The translations under genes and the position numbers were made by a program. Positions 51,162 through 59,636 of a DNA stretch of 64,000 nt are shown piece by piece. Origin of the DNA: an uncultured cyanobacterium (GTDB lineage: Bacteria; Cyanobacteriota; Cyanobacteriia; PCC-6307; Cyanobiaceae); NCBI GenBank assembly GCA_963697335.1, contig CAVONQ010000018.1, positions 478,745 through 542,744 of the forward strand, given 5' to 3'. The notes under the pieces are model-generated. The model was given only the letters and a program-made list of their open reading frames with translations, did not search any database and was not told the DNA's origin. Within the stretch, counting starts at the first letter, position 1; each line of letters begins with the position of its first letter.

Positions 51162-52367
51162 ATGGGAACGCTGGCCCGGCTGCCGCTGGGGTGCTCCGAC
51201 GCGGGTTCGCCATCGCGGCAGGGTCTGCGGGAGGGCCAGGCCCTGGAGTTCAGGCGGCGGCAGCCGGCCTGGGGGCAGGGGCGACGGCGCTGGTGGCTGC
51301 TGTGGGCCTCCTGCCCTGGCGTGGGCTGGGTGCGGCTGCGGGCGATCGAGTCGAGATTCGGCTCCCTGGCCAGGGCCTGGGAGGCTCCTGTCGCCGCCTT
51401 CGCCGCGATGCCCGGCGTGGGGGAGGCCTGGCTGGCTGGCCTGGAGGTGTTCCGGCGGCGCTGGGGAGCCAATCCCCTGGAGAGCGGACGGCTGCCATCA
51501 GACCGCAGGCTGCTGGTGCCCGGTGATCCCAGCTATCCGGAGGCGATGACGCATCTGGAGCGCCCCCCGTTGGCGCTCCACTGGCGCGGGCGGGGCTCCC
51601 TCTGGCCTTGGGTCGCCAGGCGCCAGGCGGTGGCGGTGCTCGGCACGCGGCGGCCATCGCGCCATGGCCTGGCGATGGCCGAAGCCCTGGGGGCTGAGTT
51701 GGCGCGGGCGGGCTGGCCTGTGGTGAGCGGGTTGGCCGAGGGCATCGACGCGGCAGCCCATCGGGGTTGTCTGGCTGCAGGAGGCCTGCCCGTGGGGGTG
51801 CTGGGCACGCCGCTGGAGCGGGTCTATCCCCGCCACCACGGTGTTCTGCAGAGCCAGGTGGCGGCCCAGGGCCTGCTGCTGAGCGAGCAGCCCCCAGGAG
51901 CGGCCGTGCGTCCTGGCCACTTCGCCGCCCGCAATCGCCTCCAGGTGGCCCTCGCCAGGGCCGTGGTGGTGGTGGAGTGTCCCGAACCCAGCGGGGCGCT
52001 GCACTCGGCGCGGCTGGCCTGGCAGGAGCAGCTGCCCCTGTGGGTGGTGCCCGCCGATGCCGCACGGCTCTCGGCTCGGGGCAGCAACCGCCTGCTCAGC
52101 CAGGGAGCCTCGGCCCTGCTCGAACCCGCCGACCTGATCCGCCAGCTGGGTGCTGGCCCGGGGGGCGGGGCGGCTGGGCCGTGCGGTGTGGCCTCCCAGG
52201 CCCACCCCGAGGCGGCGCTGCTGCAAGCCCTAGAGGGAGGGGCCTCCCTGGAGCAGCTCTGCCTCACGTTTGACCAGAGCGCCGCCCAGCTCGCCGCTCG
52301 GCTGCTCAGCCTCGAGCTGGCCGGTGTGGTGCGTGCCGAGCCAGGCCTCCACTGGCGCCGCCTCTAG
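51162..52367 (+). CDS. dprA: DNA-processing protein DprA/Smf
   Basis: VAVLGTR, VVSGLAEGIDAAAH, FAARNRL, SGALHSA and GSNRLL motifs; C-terminal winged helix. Confidence 0.95.
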   Translation: MGTLARLPLGCSDAGSPSRQGLREGQALEFRRRQPAWGQGRRRWWLLWASCPGVGWVRLRAIESRFGSLARAWEAPVAAFAAMPGVGEAWLAGLEVFRRRWGANPLESGRLPSDRRLLVPGDPSYPEAMTHLERPPLALHWRGRGSLWPWVARRQAVAVLGTRRPSRHGLAMAEALGAELARAGWPVVSGLAEGIDAAAHRGCLAAGGLPVGVLGTPLERVYPRHHGVLQSQVAAQGLLLSEQPPGAAVRPGHFAARNRLQVALARAVVVVECPEPSGALHSARLAWQEQLPLWVVPADAARLSARGSNRLLSQGASALLEPADLIRQLGAGPGGGAAGPCGVASQAHPEAALLQALEGGASLEQLCLTFDQSAAQLAARLLSLELAGVVRAEPGLHWRRL

Positions 52368-52376
52368 GCTGCTGCC

Positions 52377-53297
52377 ATGGTGCGCGGCCTTGCCACTCAG
52401 AGCCCTTCCAGCCAGCAGGCCATGGGTCCGCGCTCCTGGACGGCCCACGACCTGCTGATCTGGCGCAGCCACTGCCTGGCCCAGGGCGGCCGCAGGGCCG
52501 ATTTCGACTGGCTGCTGGATCTGGCTGGCGGTCTGTCCTGGAGCGAACTGCAGCGCCTGTATCTGGATCCGGCCCGTTCGGTGCAGCTGGTCTGCCCGGT
52601 GGCCAGTCTCGAAGCTCTGTGGCAGCGCCACCTGCGCGGCGGTGAGCCCCTGCAATACCTCGTGGGCCTTTGCCCCTGGCGCGACCTGGAGCTGAAGGTG
52701 GCGCCAGGCGTGCTCATCCCCCGCCAGGAGACCGAGCTCCTGGTGGAGCTGGCTGAAGGGCTGGCCGCCGATCCCCCGGCCCTCTGGGCCGATCTCGGCA
52801 CGGGCTCCGGTTGCCTGGCTGCGGCCCTGGCTGGCCTCTGGCCCGGCTCCAGCGGTCTGGCCGTGGACCTCAGCCCCGAGGCGCTGCAGCAGGCCGAAGC
52901 CAACCTCGAAACCGTTGGAGCGGCGTCCAGGGTGAGGCTGCTGCGGGGCCACTGGTGGGATCCCTTGCAGCCGTGGTGGGGCGCCCTTGGCCTGGTGGTG
53001 GCCAACCCGCCCTACATCCCCAGCGCGGTGTGGGCCGGCCTCGAACCAGGGGTGCGCGATCACGAGCCCCGCCTGGCCCTCGACGGCGGCCCCGATGGCC
53101 TTGCTGCCATCCGCAGCATCGCCCAGGGGGCCGCTCAGGCCCTCGCGCCCGGCGGCGTCCTGGTGCTGGAGCACCACCACGACCAGAGCGGGGCGGTGCT
53201 GCGGCTTCTCCGCCAGGCGGGTCTGCAGCAGGTGCAGGCCCACCGGGATCTGGAGGGCGTGCGGCGCTTTGCCTCTGCCCGGAGGCGACTGGCATGA
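52377..53297 (+). CDS. prmC: Release factor glutamine methyltransferase (start uncertain)
   Basis: PLQYLVG, VLIPRQETE, DLGTGSG, NPPY and ALDGGPDGL motifs. Confidence 0.95.
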   Translation: MVRGLATQSPSSQQAMGPRSWTAHDLLIWRSHCLAQGGRRADFDWLLDLAGGLSWSELQRLYLDPARSVQLVCPVASLEALWQRHLRGGEPLQYLVGLCPWRDLELKVAPGVLIPRQETELLVELAEGLAADPPALWADLGTGSGCLAAALAGLWPGSSGLAVDLSPEALQQAEANLETVGAASRVRLLRGHWWDPLQPWWGALGLVVANPPYIPSAVWAGLEPGVRDHEPRLALDGGPDGLAAIRSIAQGAAQALAPGGVLVLEHHHDQSGAVLRLLRQAGLQQVQAHRDLEGVRRFASARRRLA

Positions 53298-53917
53298 CCT
53301 CAGCTCGCCTGCAGCACCAGGTCTGTCCCCCCCACGAGCTGGCCGCCCGGCTGCTGGCCGGTGAGGCAGGGCTGATGCCGACCGACACCCTGCCGGCGCT
53401 GGCGGCCATGCCCCGCCATGCCGCTCAGATCTGGGAGCTGAAGCGCCGTCCCCAGGAGAAGCCCCTGATCCTGATGGGGGCCTGCATCGAGCAGCTTCAG
53501 CCGCTGCTGGGCCTGCCCTGGAAGTCTGAGTGGTTGGCCCTGGCTGGCCGCGGCTGGCCCGGCGCCCTCACCCTGGTGCTGCCGGCCCAGGGGCCGCTGG
53601 CCGAGGCCCTCAACCCCGGACGCGGCAGCCTGGGCCTGCGCATCCCGGCCTGCGCTGCAGCCCGGGAGCTGCTGCAGCTCACCGGCCCGCTGGCCACCAC
53701 GAGTGCCAACCCCTCCGGTGAGCCTGCCGCCACCACGGCGGCCGAGGCTGCCGCCTGCTTTCCGCAGCTGGCCCTGCTGGGCCCGCTGCCCTGGCCGCCA
53801 GCCAGCGGGCAGGCCAGCACCGTGCTGGCCTGGGCCGGTGCCGGTGCCGGAGCGTGGCAGCTGCTGCGCTCCGGCGCGGTGCCCTTCCCGCTGGCCTCCC
53901 CCCTGCCCTCCGCCTGA
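53294..53917 (+). CDS. tsaC: L-threonylcarbamoyladenylate synthase (Sua5/YrdC)
   Basis: PTDT, KRRPQEKPL, WPGALTLVL, TSANPSG and ASTV motifs; ATGA overlap with prmC. Confidence 0.92.
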   Translation: MTSARLQHQVCPPHELAARLLAGEAGLMPTDTLPALAAMPRHAAQIWELKRRPQEKPLILMGACIEQLQPLLGLPWKSEWLALAGRGWPGALTLVLPAQGPLAEALNPGRGSLGLRIPACAAARELLQLTGPLATTSANPSGEPAATTAAEAAACFPQLALLGPLPWPPASGQASTVLAWAGAGAGAWQLLRSGAVPFPLASPLPSA

Positions 53918-53927
53918 ACCCCGCACC

Positions 53928-54083
53928 ATGGCCGCCCTTCTCGTGCTCGTGGCGCTCACCATGGGGCTCTATCACTGGCTGAGCACCCCGCTCAACGGCC
54001 TCCTCAACGGCCTCTTCCAGGCAGCTTGGCTGCCGTTGCTGCCTGCCCTGCTGCTGATCTGGCTCCTGGCTGGGAAGCGTTGA
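53928..54083 (+). CDS. Small hydrophobic membrane protein
   Basis: MAALLVLVALTMGLYHWLSTPLNGLLNGLFQAAWLPLLPALLLIWLLAGKR. Confidence 0.6.
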   Translation: MAALLVLVALTMGLYHWLSTPLNGLLNGLFQAAWLPLLPALLLIWLLAGKR

Positions 54084-54117
54084 ACGGGTCTAGGTTCTGG
54101 CCTGCTGCCCAGGCCCA

Positions 54118-55383
54118 TTGCGTCGTCCCGTCCGGCTGTTGGCCGTGTTTCTGGCCCTGCTCACCTGGGGGCTGACCCTGCTGGGCCATGGCAGTGGCAT
54201 GGCGACGCTTGCCCAGGCCAATAGCACCAGGCCCGAGCTGCGGGGCGTGTGGCTCACCGCCAACGACATGCCCGTGCTGCGTGATCGCCAGCGGATGACG
54301 GAGGCCGTGGCCCAGTTGGCGGCGCTGCAGTTCAACACCCTCTATCCGGTGGTCTGGAACGGCGCCATCGCCTACTACCCCAGCCAGGTGGTGCTGGAGC
54401 GCCAGCTGCAGACCTTCACCTACAAGGGGCTCCAGGGCCAGGACGTGCTGGGCGAGCTGATCGCCGAGGGCAAGCGCCAGGGGCTGCTGGTGATTCCCTG
54501 GTTCGAGTTCGGCTTCATGGCCCCCAAGGATTCCGTGCTGGCCCGCCGCCACCCCGACTGGCTCACCCGCAAGCAGGACGGCGGCATGACCTCGATCAGC
54601 GCCGCCGGTGAGGTGGCCTGGCTCAATCCCTTCCGGCCTGAGGTGCAGCAGCTGATCACCGACCTGGTGGTGGAGGTGGTGGGCCGCTACGGCGCCGACG
54701 GCATTCAGTTTGACGACCACATGAGCCTGCCGAAGGATTTCGGCTACGACCCCTTCACCCTGGCGCTCTACCGCAAGGAGACGGGCCGCGCCACGCCGGC
54801 CAATCCGGCCGATGGGGCCTGGGTCAAGTGGCGCGCCGACAAGATCACCGCCTTCATGGAGCGGCTCACCAAGGAGGTGCGGCGGGTGCGGCCCGGGGCT
54901 GTGATCTCGGTGTCGCCGAACTACTACGCCTTTGCCTACAAGCTGCAGCTGCAGGACTGGCTCGCCTGGGTGCGGCGGGGGTTGGTCGATGAGCTGCTGG
55001 TGCAGATCTACCGCCCAGACCTGGAGGGCTACCTGCCCCATCTGGGCAGGGCGGAGGTCATCGAGGCCAGGGCCAGGATTCCCACGGCGATCGCGATCAT
55101 GAGCGGCCAGCGCAACCGCCCGGCCCCCCTGGCCTTGCTGGGGGAGAAGGTGCGGGCCAACCGCAGCCAGGGTCTCGGGGTGGCCTTCTTCTATTTCGAA
55201 AGCCTCTGGAACCTGGGGCCCGAGTCTCCCGACCAGCGCAAGGCCGAGCTGGGGCGCTGGTTTGCCGCTCCGGCGCCGCGCCGGACTGCCGCTGCCCCCA
55301 CCGTCCGGCCAGCCCCGGCGCCCCCACGACGGCTGCCCGCACCGCCACCTCCACTACCCAGCGTGCCGTCGGCCTCGGGTTGA
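54118..55383 (+). CDS. Glycoside hydrolase-like protein, GHL10/DUF187 (YddW/DigH-like), with a Pro-rich tail
   Basis: Signal peptide; ELRGVWLT, PWFEFG, WLNPFRPEVQ, DGIQFDDH and QDWLAW motifs. Confidence 0.88.
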   Translation: MRRPVRLLAVFLALLTWGLTLLGHGSGMATLAQANSTRPELRGVWLTANDMPVLRDRQRMTEAVAQLAALQFNTLYPVVWNGAIAYYPSQVVLERQLQTFTYKGLQGQDVLGELIAEGKRQGLLVIPWFEFGFMAPKDSVLARRHPDWLTRKQDGGMTSISAAGEVAWLNPFRPEVQQLITDLVVEVVGRYGADGIQFDDHMSLPKDFGYDPFTLALYRKETGRATPANPADGAWVKWRADKITAFMERLTKEVRRVRPGAVISVSPNYYAFAYKLQLQDWLAWVRRGLVDELLVQIYRPDLEGYLPHLGRAEVIEARARIPTAIAIMSGQRNRPAPLALLGEKVRANRSQGLGVAFFYFESLWNLGPESPDQRKAELGRWFAAPAPRRTAAAPTVRPAPAPPRRLPAPPPPLPSVPSASG

Positions 55384-55409
55384 ATGCGCCCAGCCGCGCG
55401 TGAGCCCCC

Positions 55410-55979
55410 ATGCCTGATGCTGTTGATGAGGCCCAGTGGTTCAAGGTGCTGCTGGCGGTGCGCTGGCCCTGTGCCGTGGTGGCCTCCTCCGCCGTGCTCG
55501 GTGGGGTGGTGCTGCACGTGCTGAGCAAGCCGATCCCGATTCGGATCGCCATGCCCATGGATCAGCCCCTGCCCGTGCGGGCCGAGGTGAAGGAGCTGGC
55601 CAGGCCGATTCGGGTGGAGCAGCTCAACGAGGCGATCGAGATCAAGGCCCAGGAGGTGCTCACCGTGCAGGGTTCGGTGGGCATCGACACCAAGACGCCC
55701 ATTCCGACCACCGGGGAACATCGGGTGGTGATGACCAACCCCGTGGAGGTGAAGGCCAAGGCGCCCCTGGCGGTGCAGGGCAACGTGGCCGTGAAGGCGG
55801 CTGAACCCCTGCCGGTTCAGGCTTCGGTGGATGTCAGTGCCTCCGAGCCGTTACCCGTCAAGGGTGCCGTAGAGGTGACCACCCCCAACCCGCTCAAGGT
55901 CACCACCGAGGTGACCCTCGAAACCGATGAAAAGCCGATCCAGGTGCAGGTGAAGGAGGGCCTGATGGGCATCTTCTGA
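55410..55979 (+). CDS. Membrane-anchored hypothetical protein with 14-residue beta-rich repeats
   Basis: N-terminal TM segment, then repeats of xxxPLxVxGxVxVx. Confidence 0.8.
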   Translation: MPDAVDEAQWFKVLLAVRWPCAVVASSAVLGGVVLHVLSKPIPIRIAMPMDQPLPVRAEVKELARPIRVEQLNEAIEIKAQEVLTVQGSVGIDTKTPIPTTGEHRVVMTNPVEVKAKAPLAVQGNVAVKAAEPLPVQASVDVSASEPLPVKGAVEVTTPNPLKVTTEVTLETDEKPIQVQVKEGLMGIF

Positions 55980-56012
55980 ACGGGTGAGGCCCCAGCCCCA
56001 ACTGGCCAGGGA

Positions 56013-56084
56013 AGCCGGCTAACGGATTTGAACCGATGACCTTCGCTTTACAAAAGCGCTGCTCTACCGCTGAGCTAAGCCGGC
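56013..56084 (-). tRNA. trnT: tRNA-Thr(TGT)
   Basis: Reverse complement GCCGGCTTAGCTCAGCGGTAGAGCA-GCGCT-TTTGTAA-AGCGA...GGTTCAAATCC...AGCCGGCT. Confidence 0.93.
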
Positions 56085-56158
56085 ATGGTGTCCTGAACAG
56101 GTGTCCAGACCAGGCTGAAGTTACACGGGGGCAGTGGCCATTCCAGGGGAGGGCAGCC

Positions 56159-56368
56159 TCAGCTGCTGCTGATGGCCCAGATCAGCAGCTGGGTGCGGCT
56201 GCGGCAGCCGCTCTTGGCCAGCAGGTGGGAGATGTGGCTCTCCACCGTGCGCACGCTCAGCACCAGGGCGGAGGCGATCTCCCGGTTGCTGTAGCCGCGG
56301 CACACCAGGCCCAGCACCCTTAACTCAGCGGGGCTTGGGGGAGACAGGAGCGCATTGAGGGGAACCAT
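56159..56368 (-). CDS. Stand-alone LuxR-type HTH protein
   Basis: SPAELRVLGLVCRGYSNREIASALVLSVRTVESHISHLLAKSGCRSRTQL. Confidence 0.88.
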   Translation of the reverse strand: MVPLNALLSPPSPAELRVLGLVCRGYSNREIASALVLSVRTVESHISHLLAKSGCRSRTQLLIWAISSS

Positions 56369-56428
56369 GGCCAGGCGGCGATCCGCAGCTGGGGATGGCT
56401 CAGGATTGCCACAGGCCCGGCTGGCCCC

Positions 56429-56746
56429 TCAGGAGGGGGTTTCGGCGCTCGGAATGGGACTGGAGCTGGGGGGCGCCAGGGGAAGGGGGCGGGTGCCCTT
56501 GATCGGCAGGTTGGCCACCAGCGCCGTGACCCGGTCTTCGGTTTCGAGGCTCACATCCCCCTCGCTCATGTCGATCTCCACGTAGCGGCTCACCACGTCC
56601 AGAATTTCACGCCGCATCTGCTGCAGCAGTTCCGGGTTGAGGTCGCTGCGGTCATGGGCGAGCACCAGTTGCAGCCGCTGGCGCGCCGTGGGTGCACTGG
56701 CAGGTTCCCGACCGAGCAGCTTGTTGATCAGATCGCGCAGGGTCAT
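56429..56746 (-). CDS. minE: Cell division topological specificity factor
   Basis: [13 protein letters not shown]...[13 protein letters not shown]...LVANLPI. Confidence 0.96.
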   Translation of the reverse strand: MTLRDLINKLLGREPASAPTARQRLQLVLAHDRSDLNPELLQQMRREILDVVSRYVEIDMSEGDVSLETEDRVTALVANLPIKGTRPLPLAPPSSSPIPSAETPS

Positions 56747-56750
56747 CGGC

Positions 56751-57569
56751 TCAGAAGATCTTGGTTTGCATCAGGCGGCCGATCCTGGCCCTGAGGCCCT
56801 GGCGTTCCTTGGAGGGGTCGATCAGCGGAACGTCCTCGCCCTGCAGACGCCGGGCAATGTTGGTGTAAGCCCTGGCGGCGGGCGAGGGGTTGTCGCTGAG
56901 GGTGAGCGGCTCGCCCCGGTTGGTGGAGACGATCACCTGTTCGTCCTCCAGCACCAGGCCCAGCAGCGGCAGGGCCAGGATGTCGGTCACGTCGTCCACC
57001 GCCAGCATTTCCTGGCTGGCCATCATCTTCGGCCGCACCCGGTTGAGCACCAGCTGGGAGGGCTTGACGCCCTCGGAGTTGAGCAGGCCGATCACGCGGT
57101 CGGCATCCCGCACCGCCGACACTTCCGGCGTGGTGACCACGATGGCCTCCTTGGCGGCGGCCATGGCGTTGCGGAAGCCGCCTTCGATGCCAGCCGGGGC
57201 GTCGATCAGCACGTAGTCGGCGTTCTCGCCCACCATTGCGGCGATCGTCTGCATGTCCTCTGGCTTGAGCCACTCGAGCATGCGGGGGTCACCGGCCGGC
57301 AGCAGGGCCAGGTTCGGCTGCAGCTTGTGCTTCACCAGGGCCTGCTCCAGGCGGCACCGCTCGGAGAGCACGTCCTGCGCGGTGTAGATGATCCGGTTTT
57401 CCAGGCCGAGCAGCAGATCGAGGTTGCGCAGGCCAAAATCGGCATCGAGTACCGCTGTCCTGGCGCCGAGCTTGGCCAGGGCGATGCCGAGGTTGGCGGT
57501 GAGGGTGGTTTTTCCCACCCCTCCCTTGCCAGAGCAGATCACGATGAAGCGAGTCGACGCAGCGGGCAC
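56751..57569 (-). CDS. minD: Septum site-determining ATPase
   Basis: [31 protein letters not shown] and [10 protein letters not shown] motifs. Confidence 0.97.
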   Translation of the reverse strand: MPAASTRFIVICSGKGGVGKTTLTANLGIALAKLGARTAVLDADFGLRNLDLLLGLENRIIYTAQDVLSERCRLEQALVKHKLQPNLALLPAGDPRMLEWLKPEDMQTIAAMVGENADYVLIDAPAGIEGGFRNAMAAAKEAIVVTTPEVSAVRDADRVIGLLNSEGVKPSQLVLNRVRPKMMASQEMLAVDDVTDILALPLLGLVLEDEQVIVSTNRGEPLTLSDNPSPAARAYTNIARRLQGEDVPLIDPSKERQGLRARIGRLMQTKIF

Positions 57570-57669
57570 GGCAGTGGCTGAGATCGGGGCAGGCTAAGGC
57601 CAAAGAAGCCTTTGCCCCCAAGCCGACACTTGGGCATGGTCCCTGACGCGACGGCTGGGTGTTCAGAGT

Positions 57670-58395
57670 TCAGATGTTCAGGGGCCACTGGGGCGGCGCC
57701 GGTTCCAGGCGAATCACTCCCCCCACCAGCCTGGCCTGTTCGGCCAGGCCCTCCGCTGGCCCTTCCTCGGGACCACGGGCCACGGCCCCGGCAATGCGCA
57801 GTTGCAGTGGCCGCAGATGCAGGGCCACTATCCTGGCGTTGCCATCGCCCCCCGTTCCGGCATGGGCCAGGCCGCGCAGGCGGCCCCACACGAGCACATG
57901 GCCGCCGGCACTGAGCCGGGCCCCGGGGTTCACATCCCCCAGCACCAGCAGAGAACCTGCCGCCTGCAGGTGATCGCCGGAGCGGAGGGTGCCGCGGTGC
58001 ACCACCAGTTCGCCTGCTCGCCCCTCCGGCATGGAGCTGTTCGAGCTGGAGCTGCTGGGCGCGGCAGGCCAGGGCGACCGGGCCTCCAGCCCCAGCCCGG
58101 CCGCCGCTACCAGGGTGTGGGGGTTGGCGCTCTGCACGCTCTCCAGCCACAGACCGTGCTGGCTCAGCAGCTCCTGGAGGGCCCGCAGCCCCCGCGCCGT
58201 GAGCTGCCAGCCATTGCCCGCGAGCTCCACGGGGCCAGGCCTGGGTGGCCCCTGGAGCAACCCAGCGCTCTCGAGGGCCTGCCCTGCCAGCTCCTGAGCC
58301 GAGGCCGCTTGCCCGGACGGCGGCAACACCAGCCGATGGCTGCCGGCCCCGGAGCCGTCGGGAAGGAACAGGGCAGCGAGGGCCGAAGCGCTCAT
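57670..58395 (-). CDS. minC: Septum site-determining protein
   Basis: TLRSGD, GDVNPGA and VWGRLRGLAHAG motifs. Confidence 0.93.
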   Translation of the reverse strand: MSASALAALFLPDGSGAGSHRLVLPPSGQAASAQELAGQALESAGLLQGPPRPGPVELAGNGWQLTARGLRALQELLSQHGLWLESVQSANPHTLVAAAGLGLEARSPWPAAPSSSSSNSSMPEGRAGELVVHRGTLRSGDHLQAAGSLLVLGDVNPGARLSAGGHVLVWGRLRGLAHAGTGGDGNARIVALHLRPLQLRIAGAVARGPEEGPAEGLAEQARLVGGVIRLEPAPPQWPLNI

Positions 58396-59636
58396 CAGGA
58401 GTCGAGGAACCGGCGCAACTTAGGCGCCACTTCGGCCGGGTGAATCAGCCAGGCCAGCTGCACCGGCTCGCTGAGGCTGTGCACCAGGGGGGAGCGCTGC
58501 TCCAGGGCCTGCAGCGTGCGGCCATCCCACAGCCGCAGCCCACCGGCATAGGGGTGGTAGCCGCGGGTCTGGCGCTGCTCCAGGGCGCAGCAGCCATCGG
58601 GATCAAAGCCCGCTTCGCTGGCCAGTGTTCTGGCCAGGGCCAGCAGTTCCAGCTGGCTGCCCCGGTCCCGGCTGGCCACGTCGGTGGCCTTTAACAGCCG
58701 GCGCTCCAGCAGCCGGCGGCAGGGGTCTGCCAGCTCCTCCGGTCCTTCCTCCTGCCAGCGCTCCAGGTGATAGCCGGTGCGGATGTCGTCGTTGGCCAGA
58801 AACGAGGCGAGGTCGAGGCTGTCGCGCTGCCACAGCCAGCGGGCCATCACCGCATCGGCCCACACTCGCGCCGGGCCCAGCTGGCGGGCCACGTTGATCA
58901 GCCGTCGCAGCAGCCAGTTGCACACCACGTTGAGCCGGTGGTTGTAGACGCTGCGGTACATCAGGTTGCGCACCACCAGGTAGTGCTCCACGGCCATCAG
59001 CCCCTTCGGCTGCACGGCCAGGGCGCCGTCCGGGGCCAGGGTGAGCGCCGCCAGGATCCGCTGCAGATCGAGGCGCCCGTAGCTGGCTCCGGTGCTGTAG
59101 CCATCGCGCTGCAGGTAGTCGAGCCGGTCGCAGTCGAGCTGGCTGCTCACCAGGGCCTTGATGGCCTGCACCGGGTAGCGGCCATGCTCCAGCAGGTCGG
59201 CCACGGCATCGGCGCAGCCCTCGGCATGGCTCTCCAGCAGGCCGCGCAGCTGCGGGTGCTCCCGCACCAGCCGCCCCGACCAGGCTTCGTGGTTGAGCCC
59301 ATACATCTCCTCCCCGGAGTGGCTGAGCGGGCCATGGCCCACGTCATGCAGCAGGGCGGCTGCGTAGAGCACTCCCCGGTGCTCCAGCAGCTCGGGGTGA
59401 TGGGGGGCCAGCTGGGCCAGGGCCAGTCGCGCCAGATGCAGCACTCCGAGGGAGTGGGTGAAGCGGCTGAACTCCGCCCCATGGAAGGTGAGATAGGCCG
59501 GCCCCAGCTGCCGGATCCGGCGCAGCCGCTGAAAGGGGGCGGTGTCGATCAGGGCGATGGCGAGGGCCTCGGCGGGGTCGCTGCGCTCCAGTCGGATCGC
59601 CCCATGCAGGGGATCGTGGTACGTGCGGCCGCTCAT
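58395..59636 (-). CDS. HD-domain phosphohydrolase (SAMHD1/dNTPase-like)
   Basis: DPLHG, FQRLRRIRQLG, RFTHSLGV, LLHDVGHGPLSH and LDCDRLDYL motifs. Confidence 0.92.
   Translation of the reverse strand: MSGRTYHDPLHGAIRLERSDPAEALAIALIDTAPFQRLRRIRQLGPAYLTFHGAEFSRFTHSLGVLHLARLALAQLAPHHPELLEHRGVLYAAALLHDVGHGPLSHSGEEMYGLNHEAWSGRLVREHPQLRGLLESHAEGCADAVADLLEHGRYPVQAIKALVSSQLDCDRLDYLQRDGYSTGASYGRLDLQRILAALTLAPDGALAVQPKGLMAVEHYLVVRNLMYRSVYNHRLNVVCNWLLRRLINVARQLGPARVWADAVMARWLWQRDSLDLASFLANDDIRTGYHLERWQEEGPEELADPCRRLLERRLLKATDVASRDRGSQLELLALARTLASEAGFDPDGCCALEQRQTRGYHPYAGGLRLWDGRTLQALEQRSPLVHSLSEPVQLAWLIHPAEVAPKLRRFLDS

Noticed and set aside
56013..56084. tRNA-Thr as a pseudogene because of G:A and U:U mismatches in the anticodon and T stems
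   Set aside because: The acceptor stem, D arm and loops are intact, and isolated mismatches are tolerated in functional tRNAs.
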